Position numbers and translations under genes: made by a program
Part shown: positions 40,301-49,701 of the stretch, one piece after another
Numbering within the stretch: the first letter of the stretch is position 1
How the letters are laid out: each line of letters opens with the position of its first letter
Notes under the pieces: model-generated
Told to the model about the DNA's origin: nothing
Seen by the model: only the letters and a program-made list of their open reading frames with translations
Databases searched by the model: none
Origin: an uncultured Hyphomicrobiales bacterium
GTDB lineage: Bacteria; Bacteroidota; Ignavibacteria; Kapaibacteriales; UBA2268
Direction: 5' to 3'
Assembly (NCBI GenBank): GCA_964634885.1
Contig: CAZWLN010000009.1
Location: forward strand, 17,735 to 81,734
Length of the DNA: 64,000 bases

Positions 40301-40704
40301 ATGAAACTATTTATATTCTGGGGCTCGGTCTGATAAAATACTATCATTAGCCACTTAGAAATAATATATGCAATATTAAGAAGCTTTTTGGCTTCTGTTT
40401 CATTTACCGATTCACCATGAGCCGCTTTATTTCCGGACAATCTCAGAAGGTGAAGATTTGATATAATAGAACTCTGAATTTGTTCATTTTTGTTTAGAGC
40501 CTCTAATAAGGAGAAAAGATTTTTTTCTTCTAAATACTCCAATTTCAAATTATTGTATAGAACCCTTACATACTTTTCTGCAAAAGTTCTTAATTTAATA
40601 GCAGTTACAGATGAATCCAGAAGCAGATACTGTTCAGCCAATTCTCCCAGAGCTGATAATTCTGGGAGTTTTTCTTTTAAAAAAATAAAATTGTTGTCTG
40701 CCAT
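37330..40704 (-). CDS. hsdR: Type I restriction enzyme R subunit with N-terminal DUF4145-like domain
   Basis: Helicase motifs [11 protein letters not shown] (Walker A) and IIADESHRS (DEAH); 1124 aa; immediately upstream of hsdM. Confidence 0.85.
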   Translation of the reverse strand: MADNNFIFLKEKLPELSALGELAEQYLLLDSSVTAIKLRTFAEKYVRVLYNNLKLEYLEEKNLFSLLEALNKNEQIQSSIISNLHLLRLSGNKAAHGESVNETEAKKLLNIAYIISKWLMIVFYQTEPQNINSFILPDKTKSMADINKPKLQAELNKKELIIEQLIQNLNKKEEKASITPLTDIESETIKNKGKSVAVLLDLNEEQTRQFLIDKQLSIAGWAFNDGSSENSDIEIEYEVDGQPTETGKGFVDYVLIGDDGKPLAVIEAKKTSKDPDIGKKQATLYADAIERKFGKRPVIFYTNGFDIYIWNDKENEPPRKIHGFYSKDSLTYLHFKRENRTDSLNLEANPSIANRLYQMEAQKRVIEKFAQKNRKSLIVQATGTGKTRVAVSLCDTLLKGNWVKRILFLCDRRELRKQAKNAFTDFIPSTPLTTVNSRTYKNRDKRIYLSTYPAMLKYYDTFDVGFFDLIIADESHRSIYNVYKDIFDYFDSYQIGLTATPVDLIARNTFSMFNCDNQDPTANYDYETAVKEGYLVPFEVFNHTTEFLREGIKYANLTIEQKKELEDQVANAEEFDYTSNDIDKFIYNKDTNREIIRNLMEKGIKDATDSLPGKTIIFARSHKHALQLQSLFNEMFPQYGGKFCQVIDNYDPRAEQLIDDFKGKGNNNLLSIAISVDMLDTGIDIPEVVNLVFAKPIKSYVKFWQMIGRGTRLCPNLLGLGVDKTKFRIFDHWGNFEWFDLNCKPAEVSDSMSLSQRLFLQRIKLAETALEKFQQDEFKYIVDLIKKDINTLDSLKSIAVKDRWREVNLMKQDGVIERFDQSTINILKNEIAPLMRWINIAGHIEAVKFDILLTQSQTEFILNTNLFESFRDDIINEVSLLQRNLYQVRTKSDVIKKVLSAEYWDTIQFNNLEEIRKELRGLMQFKESEVPLISESKTIDITENPDKVKHEEYIPKMPGMEMIKYKERVEKALCQMFNESVVLQKIKKGAFVTQDELNSLVSLVLTKYPNVDINILYEFYPDTAGYLDLAIRRIIGLEAEAVNSYFESFVANHPELSGNQIAFLNMLKNYIGMYGCIKLEKLYESPFTSLDTEGVEGIFNNETMVEEIFTILKDNRLTINSIGK

Positions 40705-40738
40705 TTAATCCCTTTTTTTTACAATCCATTTAAGGTAT

Positions 40739-40754
40739 TACAATTGGTATGCCA
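40739..40754 (-). promoter_or_regulatory. Weak sigma-54-like -24/-12 element TGGCAT-N5-TTGTA about 35 bp upstream of hsdR start (imperfect -12: GT instead of GC)
   Basis: Reverse complement of 40739-40754 reads TGGCATACCAATTGTA; spacing to hsdR ATG compatible with a promoter. Confidence 0.25.
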
Positions 40755-41401
40755 GAAAAACATACTCTGGATTTTATATAATTGTTATATTATCATAACC
40801 ATTACGATATCAATCATATACCTGCAAATTACAATTTATTTTTACATTTTTTTAAAATATTCTTTCAAGTAACGTTCGATACTATTCACAGTAACAAACG
40901 TTACCAGTCGATGCAAAAATACTAATATAAAATTATTCATATTCAAAAAAAAGAAGATGCTTAACTAGCATTACCAGTCCAATAACTAATATCCCCTTAT
41001 GGTGAAAATTGGACTTCCATCATAATGAAATATTGTTGATTACCATATCAAAATTGACCGTAACAATACAGTTATATTGATGAAGTATTCTCCCCCCCAG
41101 AATATTGGACACAAAGTATAGTTATTTTATGTCCAAGTTTCAAATTCGAGTGTAGCAGCATAAATATTATTACTACACTTGTTATCAGTATGTTGTTAAT
41201 AATACTATATCCAATAGTAATGTAGAGCTTATCGATGCTCTTTCCGCCGTCTTATAAAAAATAGGAAACGAAAAGAGTATCATCAAATCAATACATATTA
41301 ACCATCGGTCATATTCATACTCATGTTGTCGGTTCCGTATTAAGCCTGGTACCGCTTTAAGTAATCATTTATTTATATATCTTACCATACCATTGCTCAG
41401 G

Positions 41402-44400
41402 TTACTTTACTATTACAAAGCTCTTACTGATCAATTGTGTCGGAGTTCTCAGTATCACATAATACATACCAGACTCAAGAGTATCGGTATTAAATTGCAT
41501 CGATGACTCTCCCGGCTTCGGTATACCCGAAAATAGTGTCTTGATTTCCTGAGCAGTCGAATTGAACAATTTAATAGTGGTGTAGCCTTCTTCAAGAATG
41601 TTATAGTCAACTGTTACCTTTTCATTTGCCGGATTAGGAGTAATGCTTGTGATGCTTACCTTATTTTCAGAAGCAGTTACGAGCCTGGAGCCGCCTTCTC
41701 GGCATATTTCGAGCCTGATTAAACCATTATTCGTTTTGTAAATAAAACCTTTTGCCAAGCCCAAAATGCTTGTCGAATCGAGATTGAAAGCTATTGTTGT
41801 TGAATCCCTGTCACCGAGGCCTATTTCAAAAGGTATGTAGATTTTATCTCCCAGGAATATGTTCTTTGGTAAGAATAGACTTAGCTTCTTACCGAAATAA
41901 TTTGTCTCATTGAAGTGTTGACCGGCTCGAACAACACCGCTAATATCATGATCTGACATTATTGTTGCATTGAATGAAACCTCCGTATTTATTCCGTCAG
42001 ATACATCATACAAATCTTTGACAGGCATAGAAAGGTAAAACGGTACTTGCACTATATCCCCTGGCTTTGCGGTAATCGTATCAGACTTCAGTACAATCTC
42101 ATAGAGCTTGTCTAACAAGGAGAATACTGCAATGCTGTCCTGTGTATTGCATTGCTTAGTGAAAATATAGGAGCCTTTGAAACTAATATCTTCGCCAACA
42201 AATTGAACAGTAACATCTGAACTGCCACCAGCCGGTGTAGGATTGGGTTCAATTTTGCTAATAACAAACCTTGTATCGTTAAATTTAACTGGTGGATTGG
42301 GCCAATAAAGAGCTGTGTTGCCATAATTGCTTATCTTGCACTGAACCTGCCTCTGTTCACCGGTTTTGACGTCGTAAGCCAAAACAGAATCGGGGGTTAC
42401 CTCCCAATCATAGACAAGGTAATTGCCGCAAATACTCATTTCCTTAGGCGAATCGGGGGAATTGTAATAAATCATCAGTTTACTGCACACTTTGCCGGTA
42501 TCGACAGGAGTGAAGCGGATTGTCAGTTTCTTATCTTCGTGGCTTTTCAGGACGAATGGATAGGACAGGTTGTCACTGATTCTAAAGATATTATCATTCG
42601 GAGAAAACACCAGCGAATCAATACGAGCATCTGTTTTTTGGTAATTGACAATCGTTGTGAATGACTGCTCTTTGTAATCGGTTGTGTCGCACGGTTTCAC
42701 CAATTCTATAGTCTGGCCGTAACCTGCCTGGAGTTCGCACTTGACGCCTTCGCCCTGGAATGTCACTATCTCGGGAGAGCTTATACCTTTGTGATAAAAA
42801 GCATACTGGCAGGTGCTTATTCCCTGCTGGACTGGTTTGTACTCTATCCTGATATTGTGCGTATCTCCGGCTGCTATTACAAAGCTCCCGCCGCCTGAGA
42901 CTATCTCAAACTGGGCATCATCGGGGCCGAGTTCAACTGTCGAGTCAATTTGAGAGTCCGAAGCTCCCCTGTTGTAGAGTACTGCCGCTAAGGTGTCAAC
43001 TTTTTCGCCGAGGCAGACATTGATGAAATTATATGCCGGGGTTATGTTTTGGATGTTGCAGTCAAGGGCTTCTCCGGTTATATCTTTAGGAATAACGCCA
43101 TAATTGCTGTAAATATTAATTTGTGCAGTTTTGATGCCCGGAGTCTTAGGCTGGAAGCTGAATTTCACTTTCAGCTTTTCTTTTGGCTTCAGTGTAACCG
43201 GCAATGTTTGATGGACAAGTTCAAAGTCAGCCGCATCAATCCCGGAAATTCCTATTGAATCAATCCTTACATCGAAAACATCATTGTTAACAATGTAATT
43301 ATCAATTATCTTCTCTTTTGGTTCTGTCCAGTTGGCGCAGTGCTGGAGCATATCTACATCACTTGTCGTAATCTTTGGGAGAATGATTGAGAACAGGGTG
43401 TCGGACTTGTCAAGGTTTTCTATGTCTTTAACCCTGAAAATCCTAATTGTACCGTCCTCACCTCCACCTGCAATCCAGTTACTGTTTGGATGCCATGATA
43501 TATAAACTCTCCAATAATGAAATGGACTTATAAACTTAATATATTTATAACTAATTGCATCAATTATTTGAATATTACCATCACTTCCACCTATAAATTT
43601 CCCATCAGGACTATAGGCTATTGAATATCCTGAATATCCTGGAAAATCTAAATGTGTAAGTATTAATCCTGATTCCGTATCCCAAATAGTAATTCCAGTA
43701 TGCCAACCTCCACCTGCAACTTTATTCCCGTCGGGACTCCAGGCTACTGAATTAACATCATCATCATGTCCGATTAATGTCATTAGTTCGGTACCTGTTT
43801 TTGCATCCCAGATTATTATTGTCGAATCATAACTTCCGCTGGCAATTCTACTGCCGTCGGGACTCCAGGCTACTGAATTTACATAACGATCATGTCCCGT
43901 TAATGTCATTAGTTCAGCGCCTGTATTTGCATCCCAGATTTTTATTGTCCCTTCATAACCTGCGCCTGCTATTATTCTACTACCATCGGGGCTCCAGGCG
44001 ATAGAATTTACCCAATCATTATGTCCTGATAGTGTCATTATTTCGGTACCTATTTTTGCATCCCAGATTTTTATTGTCTCCCTACTTCCACTTGCTATTC
44101 TACAGCCGTCGGGACTCCATGTTACTGAAATATCATAACCATGATGTCCCGTGAATGTCATTAGTTCGGTACCTGTTTTTGCATCCCAGATTTTTATTTC
44201 CGAAAAACTTCTACTTGCTATTCTACTGCCGTCGGGACTCCATGCTACTGAATTAACCCAATCATTATGTCCCATTAATGTTATTAGTTCGGTACCTGTT
44301 TTTGCATCCCAGATTTTTATTGTTTCATCACCACTACCACTTGCTATTCTACCGTTGTCAGGACTCCAGGCTAATGAATTTACATAACGATCATGTCCCG

Positions 44401-46654
44401 TTAATGTCATTAGTTCGTTGCCTGTTTTTGCATCCCAAATTTTTATTCTTGCATCATCACTACCGCTTGCTATTCTACTGCCGTCGGGACTCCAGGCTAC
44501 TGAATTAACATCATCATTATGTCCTATTAATGTCATGATTTCCGTGCCAGTTTTTGCATCCCAGATTTTTATTGTTTCATCATCACATCCACTTGCTATT
44601 CTACTGCCGTCGGGACTCCAGGCTACTGAATTAACCCAATCATCATGTCCCATTAAGGTCATGATTTCCGTACCTGTTTTTGCATCCCAGATTTTAACTG
44701 TAGAATCATAACTACCGCTTGCTATTCTACTGCCGTCGGAACTCCAGGCTACTGAACAAACATTACTATTATGTCCCTTTAATGTCATTAGTTCGGCGCC
44801 AGTTTTTGCATCCCAGATTTTTATTGTCTCCCTACTTCCACTTGCTATTCTACTGCAGTCAGGACTCCAGGCTACTGAAAATTCATTACCATATATATCA
44901 TTTAATGTGATTATTTCACTACCTGTTTTTGCATCCCAGATTTTTATTGTCTCATAACTTCCGCTGGCTATTCTACTGCCGTCGGGACTCCAGGCTACTG
45001 ATCTAATTTCATAATCATGACCGCAAAGAGTGTCTATTACCTTAGCCGTACTTAAGTCCCAGATATAAAGGCAGTCTGAACCACCTGCGCTTACTAATTT
45101 TGTACCGTCAGGGCTAATATCTATACATTTAACAATGCCATAACCAAATATCTTTCCATCAACAAGCTTTTGTGGGTTGTCGTCCTTGTACACTTTAATA
45201 AGGCAACTGTCGGACTGCAGGTAAGGCAGCTTCCAGGTGTAGTGCAAACCGCTTGCCGCGTTGGTAATCAGCTCCCAGGTTTTACCCCCGTCGAGGCTGT
45301 ATTCTATTGACACAGTGTCGTCCATCCTGCCTTCCCAGTAAATGGTAGTGTCGGTTCCGGCAAGCAGCTTTTCGAACCCGTTTGGCGATTCAACGATTAT
45401 ACTGTCCGATGCGAGTGGGTCGTAACTCAGGAAAGAAACGACATGATTGCCGCAAAGTTCTTTTTCAATAATAATATTTCCGAACTCAGCCGAATCGACC
45501 TGTGGATTGTATTTTACCCGGAACGACCTTTCTTCTCCTGTTCCCAGGGTAAATGGCGTATTCGTGCTGCCGACAATGGAAAACGCAGGATTGGTTCGGG
45601 TAATATTTGTAATTGTAACAGGGTAGTACTCATTTTTCAAAGTAAAGGTAACAGTCGTATCGCCTGAACCTAAAGGTATCCTTTCGAACACAAATGAACC
45701 GGGAGATACATTAGTAACGATTCTCGATTTGGAATAGGCCCAGTACCTTAACGAAGCCTGGGCCGGCAAACTTTTAAGATTGACTGAAACATTACGGTAT
45801 TCATTGCATGTAGGTTCGCTTTTCCAGATAATCTCGCATCCGGCGCCACCGCTGCAACCGGATATACCGGCTAATTTTTTAAAAACCGACGTTGCTTCCT
45901 GAGCATTAGAGACATGGAAGTAAAACCCGTCGGTCATTGAAGTAATCGCATCGATGAACTCATTGGCCTGTCCGTTTATTATTACAACAAAAATCTTCGC
46001 TTTCAGTTCATTTGCCTTTTTAATAATTTCCTGTTCATTGCCTTCCGACATGCCGTCGGTAACCAGAATGATTCTTCTTGCATACTTTGCTCTCTCTGCC
46101 ACGAGCAATGCCCCGTTCAGCGGATCGATCAGGGCCGCATCGAATTTTGTGCCCCCGTTAGCTGTTAATGATTCAAATGACTTCTTCAACTGGCTTTTGT
46201 CAGTTGAAAAATCATTGACAAGGAAGTTCTTATGGTTAAAGGCAACAATTGCACATTCGGGACCTCCCGCAGGCAACATATCTATATAGATTTCGGCAGC
46301 CAGCTTTTCCTGGGGTAGCTTCTGCCCGCGTGTCGAACCGGAGATGTCCATTACCAGAATGCCGGAGTAGTTTCCACCGGGACACATCCCTCCTTCAGAA
46401 CAGTACACGCTTACAATCTCTGCTTTCCTGCCGTCTTCAACGATTTCAAAGTCATTGGGCGAAACGTCGAAAACCAGGTTGTCGTCTTTGTCGAAAGCAT
46501 AGAAATTAGCGCTGGTATAGGGGAAACCATAGGGCAGCACTTTAAAAACAGAAATCTGCTGTGCATTTGCCGATGCAATGCCAAGTATTGCGAATAATAG
46601 ATGCAAAAGCTTTTTCATACTATTCCCTATATTAATATTCAATTGGATTTTCAA
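41402..46654 (-). CDS. Giant vWA-domain / WD40-repeat (about 14 blades) / Ig-like protein with T9SS C-terminal sorting domain; true start probably M at 46620 (MKKLLHLLFAILGIASANA)
   Basis: vWA MIDAS (VMDISGST...TDGMSEG); tandem WSPDGSRIASGS...IKIWDAKTG repeats; CTD ...SGMYYVILRTPTQLISKSFVIVK. Confidence 0.8.
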   Translation of the reverse strand: MKIQLNINIGNSMKKLLHLLFAILGIASANAQQISVFKVLPYGFPYTSANFYAFDKDDNLVFDVSPNDFEIVEDGRKAEIVSVYCSEGGMCPGGNYSGILVMDISGSTRGQKLPQEKLAAEIYIDMLPAGGPECAIVAFNHKNFLVNDFSTDKSQLKKSFESLTANGGTKFDAALIDPLNGALLVAERAKYARRIILVTDGMSEGNEQEIIKKANELKAKIFVVIINGQANEFIDAITSMTDGFYFHVSNAQEATSVFKKLAGISGCSGGAGCEIIWKSEPTCNEYRNVSVNLKSLPAQASLRYWAYSKSRIVTNVSPGSFVFERIPLGSGDTTVTFTLKNEYYPVTITNITRTNPAFSIVGSTNTPFTLGTGEERSFRVKYNPQVDSAEFGNIIIEKELCGNHVVSFLSYDPLASDSIIVESPNGFEKLLAGTDTTIYWEGRMDDTVSIEYSLDGGKTWELITNAASGLHYTWKLPYLQSDSCLIKVYKDDNPQKLVDGKIFGYGIVKCIDISPDGTKLVSAGGSDCLYIWDLSTAKVIDTLCGHDYEIRSVAWSPDGSRIASGSYETIKIWDAKTGSEIITLNDIYGNEFSVAWSPDCSRIASGSRETIKIWDAKTGAELMTLKGHNSNVCSVAWSSDGSRIASGSYDSTVKIWDAKTGTEIMTLMGHDDWVNSVAWSPDGSRIASGCDDETIKIWDAKTGTEIMTLIGHNDDVNSVAWSPDGSRIASGSDDARIKIWDAKTGNELMTLTGHDRYVNSLAWSPDNGRIASGSGDETIKIWDAKTGTELITLMGHNDWVNSVAWSPDGSRIASRSFSEIKIWDAKTGTELMTFTGHHGYDISVTWSPDGCRIASGSRETIKIWDAKIGTEIMTLSGHNDWVNSIAWSPDGSRIIAGAGYEGTIKIWDANTGAELMTLTGHDRYVNSVAWSPDGSRIASGSYDSTIIIWDAKTGTELMTLIGHDDDVNSVAWSPDGNKVAGGGWHTGITIWDTESGLILTHLDFPGYSGYSIAYSPDGKFIGGSDGNIQIIDAISYKYIKFISPFHYWRVYISWHPNSNWIAGGGEDGTIRIFRVKDIENLDKSDTLFSIILPKITTSDVDMLQHCANWTEPKEKIIDNYIVNNDVFDVRIDSIGISGIDAADFELVHQTLPVTLKPKEKLKVKFSFQPKTPGIKTAQINIYSNYGVIPKDITGEALDCNIQNITPAYNFINVCLGEKVDTLAAVLYNRGASDSQIDSTVELGPDDAQFEIVSGGGSFVIAAGDTHNIRIEYKPVQQGISTCQYAFYHKGISSPEIVTFQGEGVKCELQAGYGQTIELVKPCDTTDYKEQSFTTIVNYQKTDARIDSLVFSPNDNIFRISDNLSYPFVLKSHEDKKLTIRFTPVDTGKVCSKLMIYYNSPDSPKEMSICGNYLVYDWEVTPDSVLAYDVKTGEQRQVQCKISNYGNTALYWPNPPVKFNDTRFVISKIEPNPTPAGGSSDVTVQFVGEDISFKGSYIFTKQCNTQDSIAVFSLLDKLYEIVLKSDTITAKPGDIVQVPFYLSMPVKDLYDVSDGINTEVSFNATIMSDHDISGVVRAGQHFNETNYFGKKLSLFLPKNIFLGDKIYIPFEIGLGDRDSTTIAFNLDSTSILGLAKGFIYKTNNGLIRLEICREGGSRLVTASENKVSITSITPNPANEKVTVDYNILEEGYTTIKLFNSTAQEIKTLFSGIPKPGESSMQFNTDTLESGMYYVILRTPTQLISKSFVIVK

Positions 46655-48770
46655 TTATTATTTCTACGGTCCTGGAATAGAACCTGCCTTCAGGTATTGA
46701 GTTGTCGAAAAGCTTAACATTGCTGCCAACACCCTTGAACTTTGCCTCCCAGAATTTGATGTTCCTGTATGTAGTTTCTGCCCTTACCGATGACAGGAAC
46801 TGATTCTGTTCATCAGAGCCTGTAATGTCGGTAAAACCTGTTATTTCAACTTTCGAATTTATATTAATCCTGGATTTGATATAATTGACAATGCTTAAGT
46901 TCCTGTCGGTAATTTCTCCGGAATTGAAATCAAAGAGAATCAGGTTATATTTTTCAATTTCTTTATCAGCAAGTTTTTCAGATTGCTTTTGTTTGATTGA
47001 AGTAACCTCAAGAGGAACCGACTTTTCATCGGTAATTACTTTCTTCTTTCTTTTGTCCTGGACAGATAGCTGATACTTCATTGCACCGGTGGCAAAGTCA
47101 ATTTGGTTTTTCATGTCAATTAGATTAATATCAAAATATTGTTTTACATCTCTATCAATTTCAATAGGCCTTAAAGCGTTATTATTGAAATTAATATTAA
47201 TATAGCAATATTCAACGCCGATTTCTGACTGAACATCAGCTTGGAACCTTATTACCTCCGGATTGAAAATATTCTTGATATCAGTAATAGTAATGGGTTC
47301 CAAAATCTGTGGGGAATCCGGAATAATTTCAACTCTGCGGTTTTCTGCAATTTTCTCAGTTTGATCAACCGGAGTAGAAGGTTTTTCCGGCAGTCCTCTA
47401 GCAATAATTCTGATTCTGCTGCCATCAATCCCCCAAACAGAAGTAAAATACCGTTTGATGGTTTCAGCTCTTGAGCGGGACAATTCTGTATTGCCTTTTT
47501 CAATTCCCACTCCACTGTTGCACCCTACAAGTGAAATTGAAGTGTTGGGATTCATCTTAAGCCGATAGCCGACAATGTTAAGTAAATCATAATAAACGCT
47601 AATTGTTTCAAACTTGCTGATATTCTTAATATCGAAATAGTTCGAATTCTTAATCATATTATATCTATATGGTATATCTGAGGAATTTTCATCAAAGAAA
47701 ACATAGTTAAGCAGTGGATGCATTTGAGTGAACTGGAACTCTTCTATTTTAATTCTGTCAACCGGCTTGACAGCAATGGATGAATCAACTGTAAATACAC
47801 GAATTGAAGCAGAAAGTGCAAAATCTCTAGGTGTGAAAACCGTATCAGTACTACTTATAATTTCTTCCACATAAATCGTATTCTCTACTTGCGTTTCGTT
47901 ACTATCAATAAACTCTTTTCCTTTCTTGAAAGTATTTTCCAAAACAAAGTTATCCGTCAACACGACCGTATCATTTCTGTATATTTTCTTATACTCGTAA
48001 ACAGGAGGCTTCCATGGTTCGGGAGAATATACAATTGATAAACCTGCATAAAGTGTATTGATCTTCCAGGAGTATCCATCCAAAAAGTTGTTCAATCCAT
48101 ACCTGTATCCAATCAGAGGGCTAATAAGCAGGGTATTTTTTTTATTTAGTGGAAAATCATACATTACAGCAACATTAGCATGCAATAGAACAGATTGAAC
48201 GCCTTCAATTTCTCCTGAATTCAGGTTGCGTGTCATACTATTTGTATTATTGCCATTTTCGTCAACAAAAGTAGCCATACCAGAAGGTTTGGTAATCCTT
48301 TCTTCCTGGGAATAATCCTTCTGAATTGGTATTGACAAACTTATTCCTGAGATAATAAACAACCTGTCAAACAACTTTAAAGAAATCTTGGGTTCAAATG
48401 ACAGCATAGATAATTCTGCATCAATTATATGTTGAAATTCTCCGACATTCATACCTCCATTATAGTAGATGGTTGTTGGCTCCAAAGCCTTTAACTGGCC
48501 GTTGAGATTGCTGTACACCAGATTTGTTCCAAGGTAAAAGGTATTGAATATAGCATGATCATAACTAAGACCGATGAAAAATGACTGTCCGGATCCATTT
48601 CCGAATTTCGGACAACAATTAGGAACACCAGGCAACGCCCTGAAGTCTGTGTAATGTTGATTGAAGTTCACGCCTCCGATTACACCGATTCGCATATAGT
48701 CATTGCAAAAAAGTAAAGTACAATTAAAAATTGTAAATACAACTATTTGAAACAATACTTTCATTAACAT
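46632..48770 (-). CDS. OmpA-family outer-membrane protein, 712 aa, paralog of 27076-29214
   Basis: Signal peptide; NCCPKFGNGSGQSFFIGLSYD block; C-terminal GFTDITGSDEQNQFLSSVRA...IPEGRFYSRTVEIII. Confidence 0.65.
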   Translation of the reverse strand: MLMKVLFQIVVFTIFNCTLLFCNDYMRIGVIGGVNFNQHYTDFRALPGVPNCCPKFGNGSGQSFFIGLSYDHAIFNTFYLGTNLVYSNLNGQLKALEPTTIYYNGGMNVGEFQHIIDAELSMLSFEPKISLKLFDRLFIISGISLSIPIQKDYSQEERITKPSGMATFVDENGNNTNSMTRNLNSGEIEGVQSVLLHANVAVMYDFPLNKKNTLLISPLIGYRYGLNNFLDGYSWKINTLYAGLSIVYSPEPWKPPVYEYKKIYRNDTVVLTDNFVLENTFKKGKEFIDSNETQVENTIYVEEIISSTDTVFTPRDFALSASIRVFTVDSSIAVKPVDRIKIEEFQFTQMHPLLNYVFFDENSSDIPYRYNMIKNSNYFDIKNISKFETISVYYDLLNIVGYRLKMNPNTSISLVGCNSGVGIEKGNTELSRSRAETIKRYFTSVWGIDGSRIRIIARGLPEKPSTPVDQTEKIAENRRVEIIPDSPQILEPITITDIKNIFNPEVIRFQADVQSEIGVEYCYININFNNNALRPIEIDRDVKQYFDINLIDMKNQIDFATGAMKYQLSVQDKRKKKVITDEKSVPLEVTSIKQKQSEKLADKEIEKYNLILFDFNSGEITDRNLSIVNYIKSRININSKVEITGFTDITGSDEQNQFLSSVRAETTYRNIKFWEAKFKGVGSNVKLFDNSIPEGRFYSRTVEIIIENPIEY

Positions 48771-49126
48771 AAAACCTTCCTGGCTATTTATAAAGTAATT
48801 ATATTTTCAAATTTTCAATATGTCTTTTTACTTTGTCAATTTATCTTAGAGTATTCACAAATAATTGGCATGCCAAAAGATAGTTCTTAATATCGGAATT
48901 TGTAAGTTAGTAAAAACCAACAAATTCTACACCCCTTATTTGTTTAACAAACGTAAGATTTTTCCCCTAAATATTCAAATATTTAAATTATTATTTTGTA
49001 TTATAATAATCTCCCCCAGAACATTGGACAAAAAGAAAAGATATTTATTGAAATGCTTCATGATATTGCATTGAAATATAGCAAAAATGACTGAAAATGC
49101 CCATCAGGTTACAATTAAAAGCATGT

Positions 49127-49200
49127 TTCGTGCTTGTATTGTGCTTGTATCGTGCTTGTATTGTGCTTGTTTCGTGCTTGTATTGTGCCTATTTTGTGCA
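49127..49200 (+). repeat. Tandem array of 11-bp units (YGTGCTTGTAT x6-7) with further phased TGTGC motifs to about 49275
   Basis: cgtgcttgtat tgtgcttgtat cgtgcttgtat tgtgcttgttt cgtgcttgtat tgtgcctattt tgtgcattatt; helical-turn periodicity. Confidence 0.6.
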
Positions 49201-49701
49201 TTATTGGGTCTGAAAAGTGGATCATTAGTTCCAAATTTGTGCCAGAATTGTGCATATTTTGTGCACGTACAGTGCAATTTTATAACTTTTTGTATTGAAT
49301 CTATGCAAATATATGTAGATTATCACTGAAAATGCAGTCTCAATCAATAAAATTGAGTTGTTTTTGTATTGAATTACTTCATTGGTGCATGATAAAACCT
49401 AATCTCTTTATGATGGCTGATTAATGATATGGTCGTTTCTGGCTAAATACACAATTGGAGCCTGAAAAGCCAGGCTTTGTAACTGAAATCAAAGCTCTCG
49501 CGGAGAGAGTGGTTTGCAGGAGCCTGAAAAGCTATGCTTTGTAACTAAAATCAAAAAGTCTGACTTTATAATCATTGCTACCTCTAAATATTATATGGGG
49601 ATTTATAAAAATATTTTCCGATTCATTTCTTCTTACAAAATTATTTCCATTAGTTAAATGAACGAAATTCATTTTTAAAATATTAATTGATAGGATAAGA
49701 C

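Noticed and set aside
44151-44910. Several plus-strand ORFs with repeated ...VPVFASQIFI... peptides
   Set aside because: They lie antisense to the WD40-repeat region of the 41402-46654 gene; their repetition reflects the sense-strand DNA repeats.
49127-49200. CRISPR array
   Set aside because: Units are 11 bp with no spacers. Far too short for CRISPR repeats, and there are no cas genes.
49087-49329. 80-aa ORF (CIVLVSCLYCACFVLVLCLF...)
   Set aside because: Its Cys/Leu/Val periodic peptide is just the translation of the 11-bp TGTGCTTGTAT tandem repeat.
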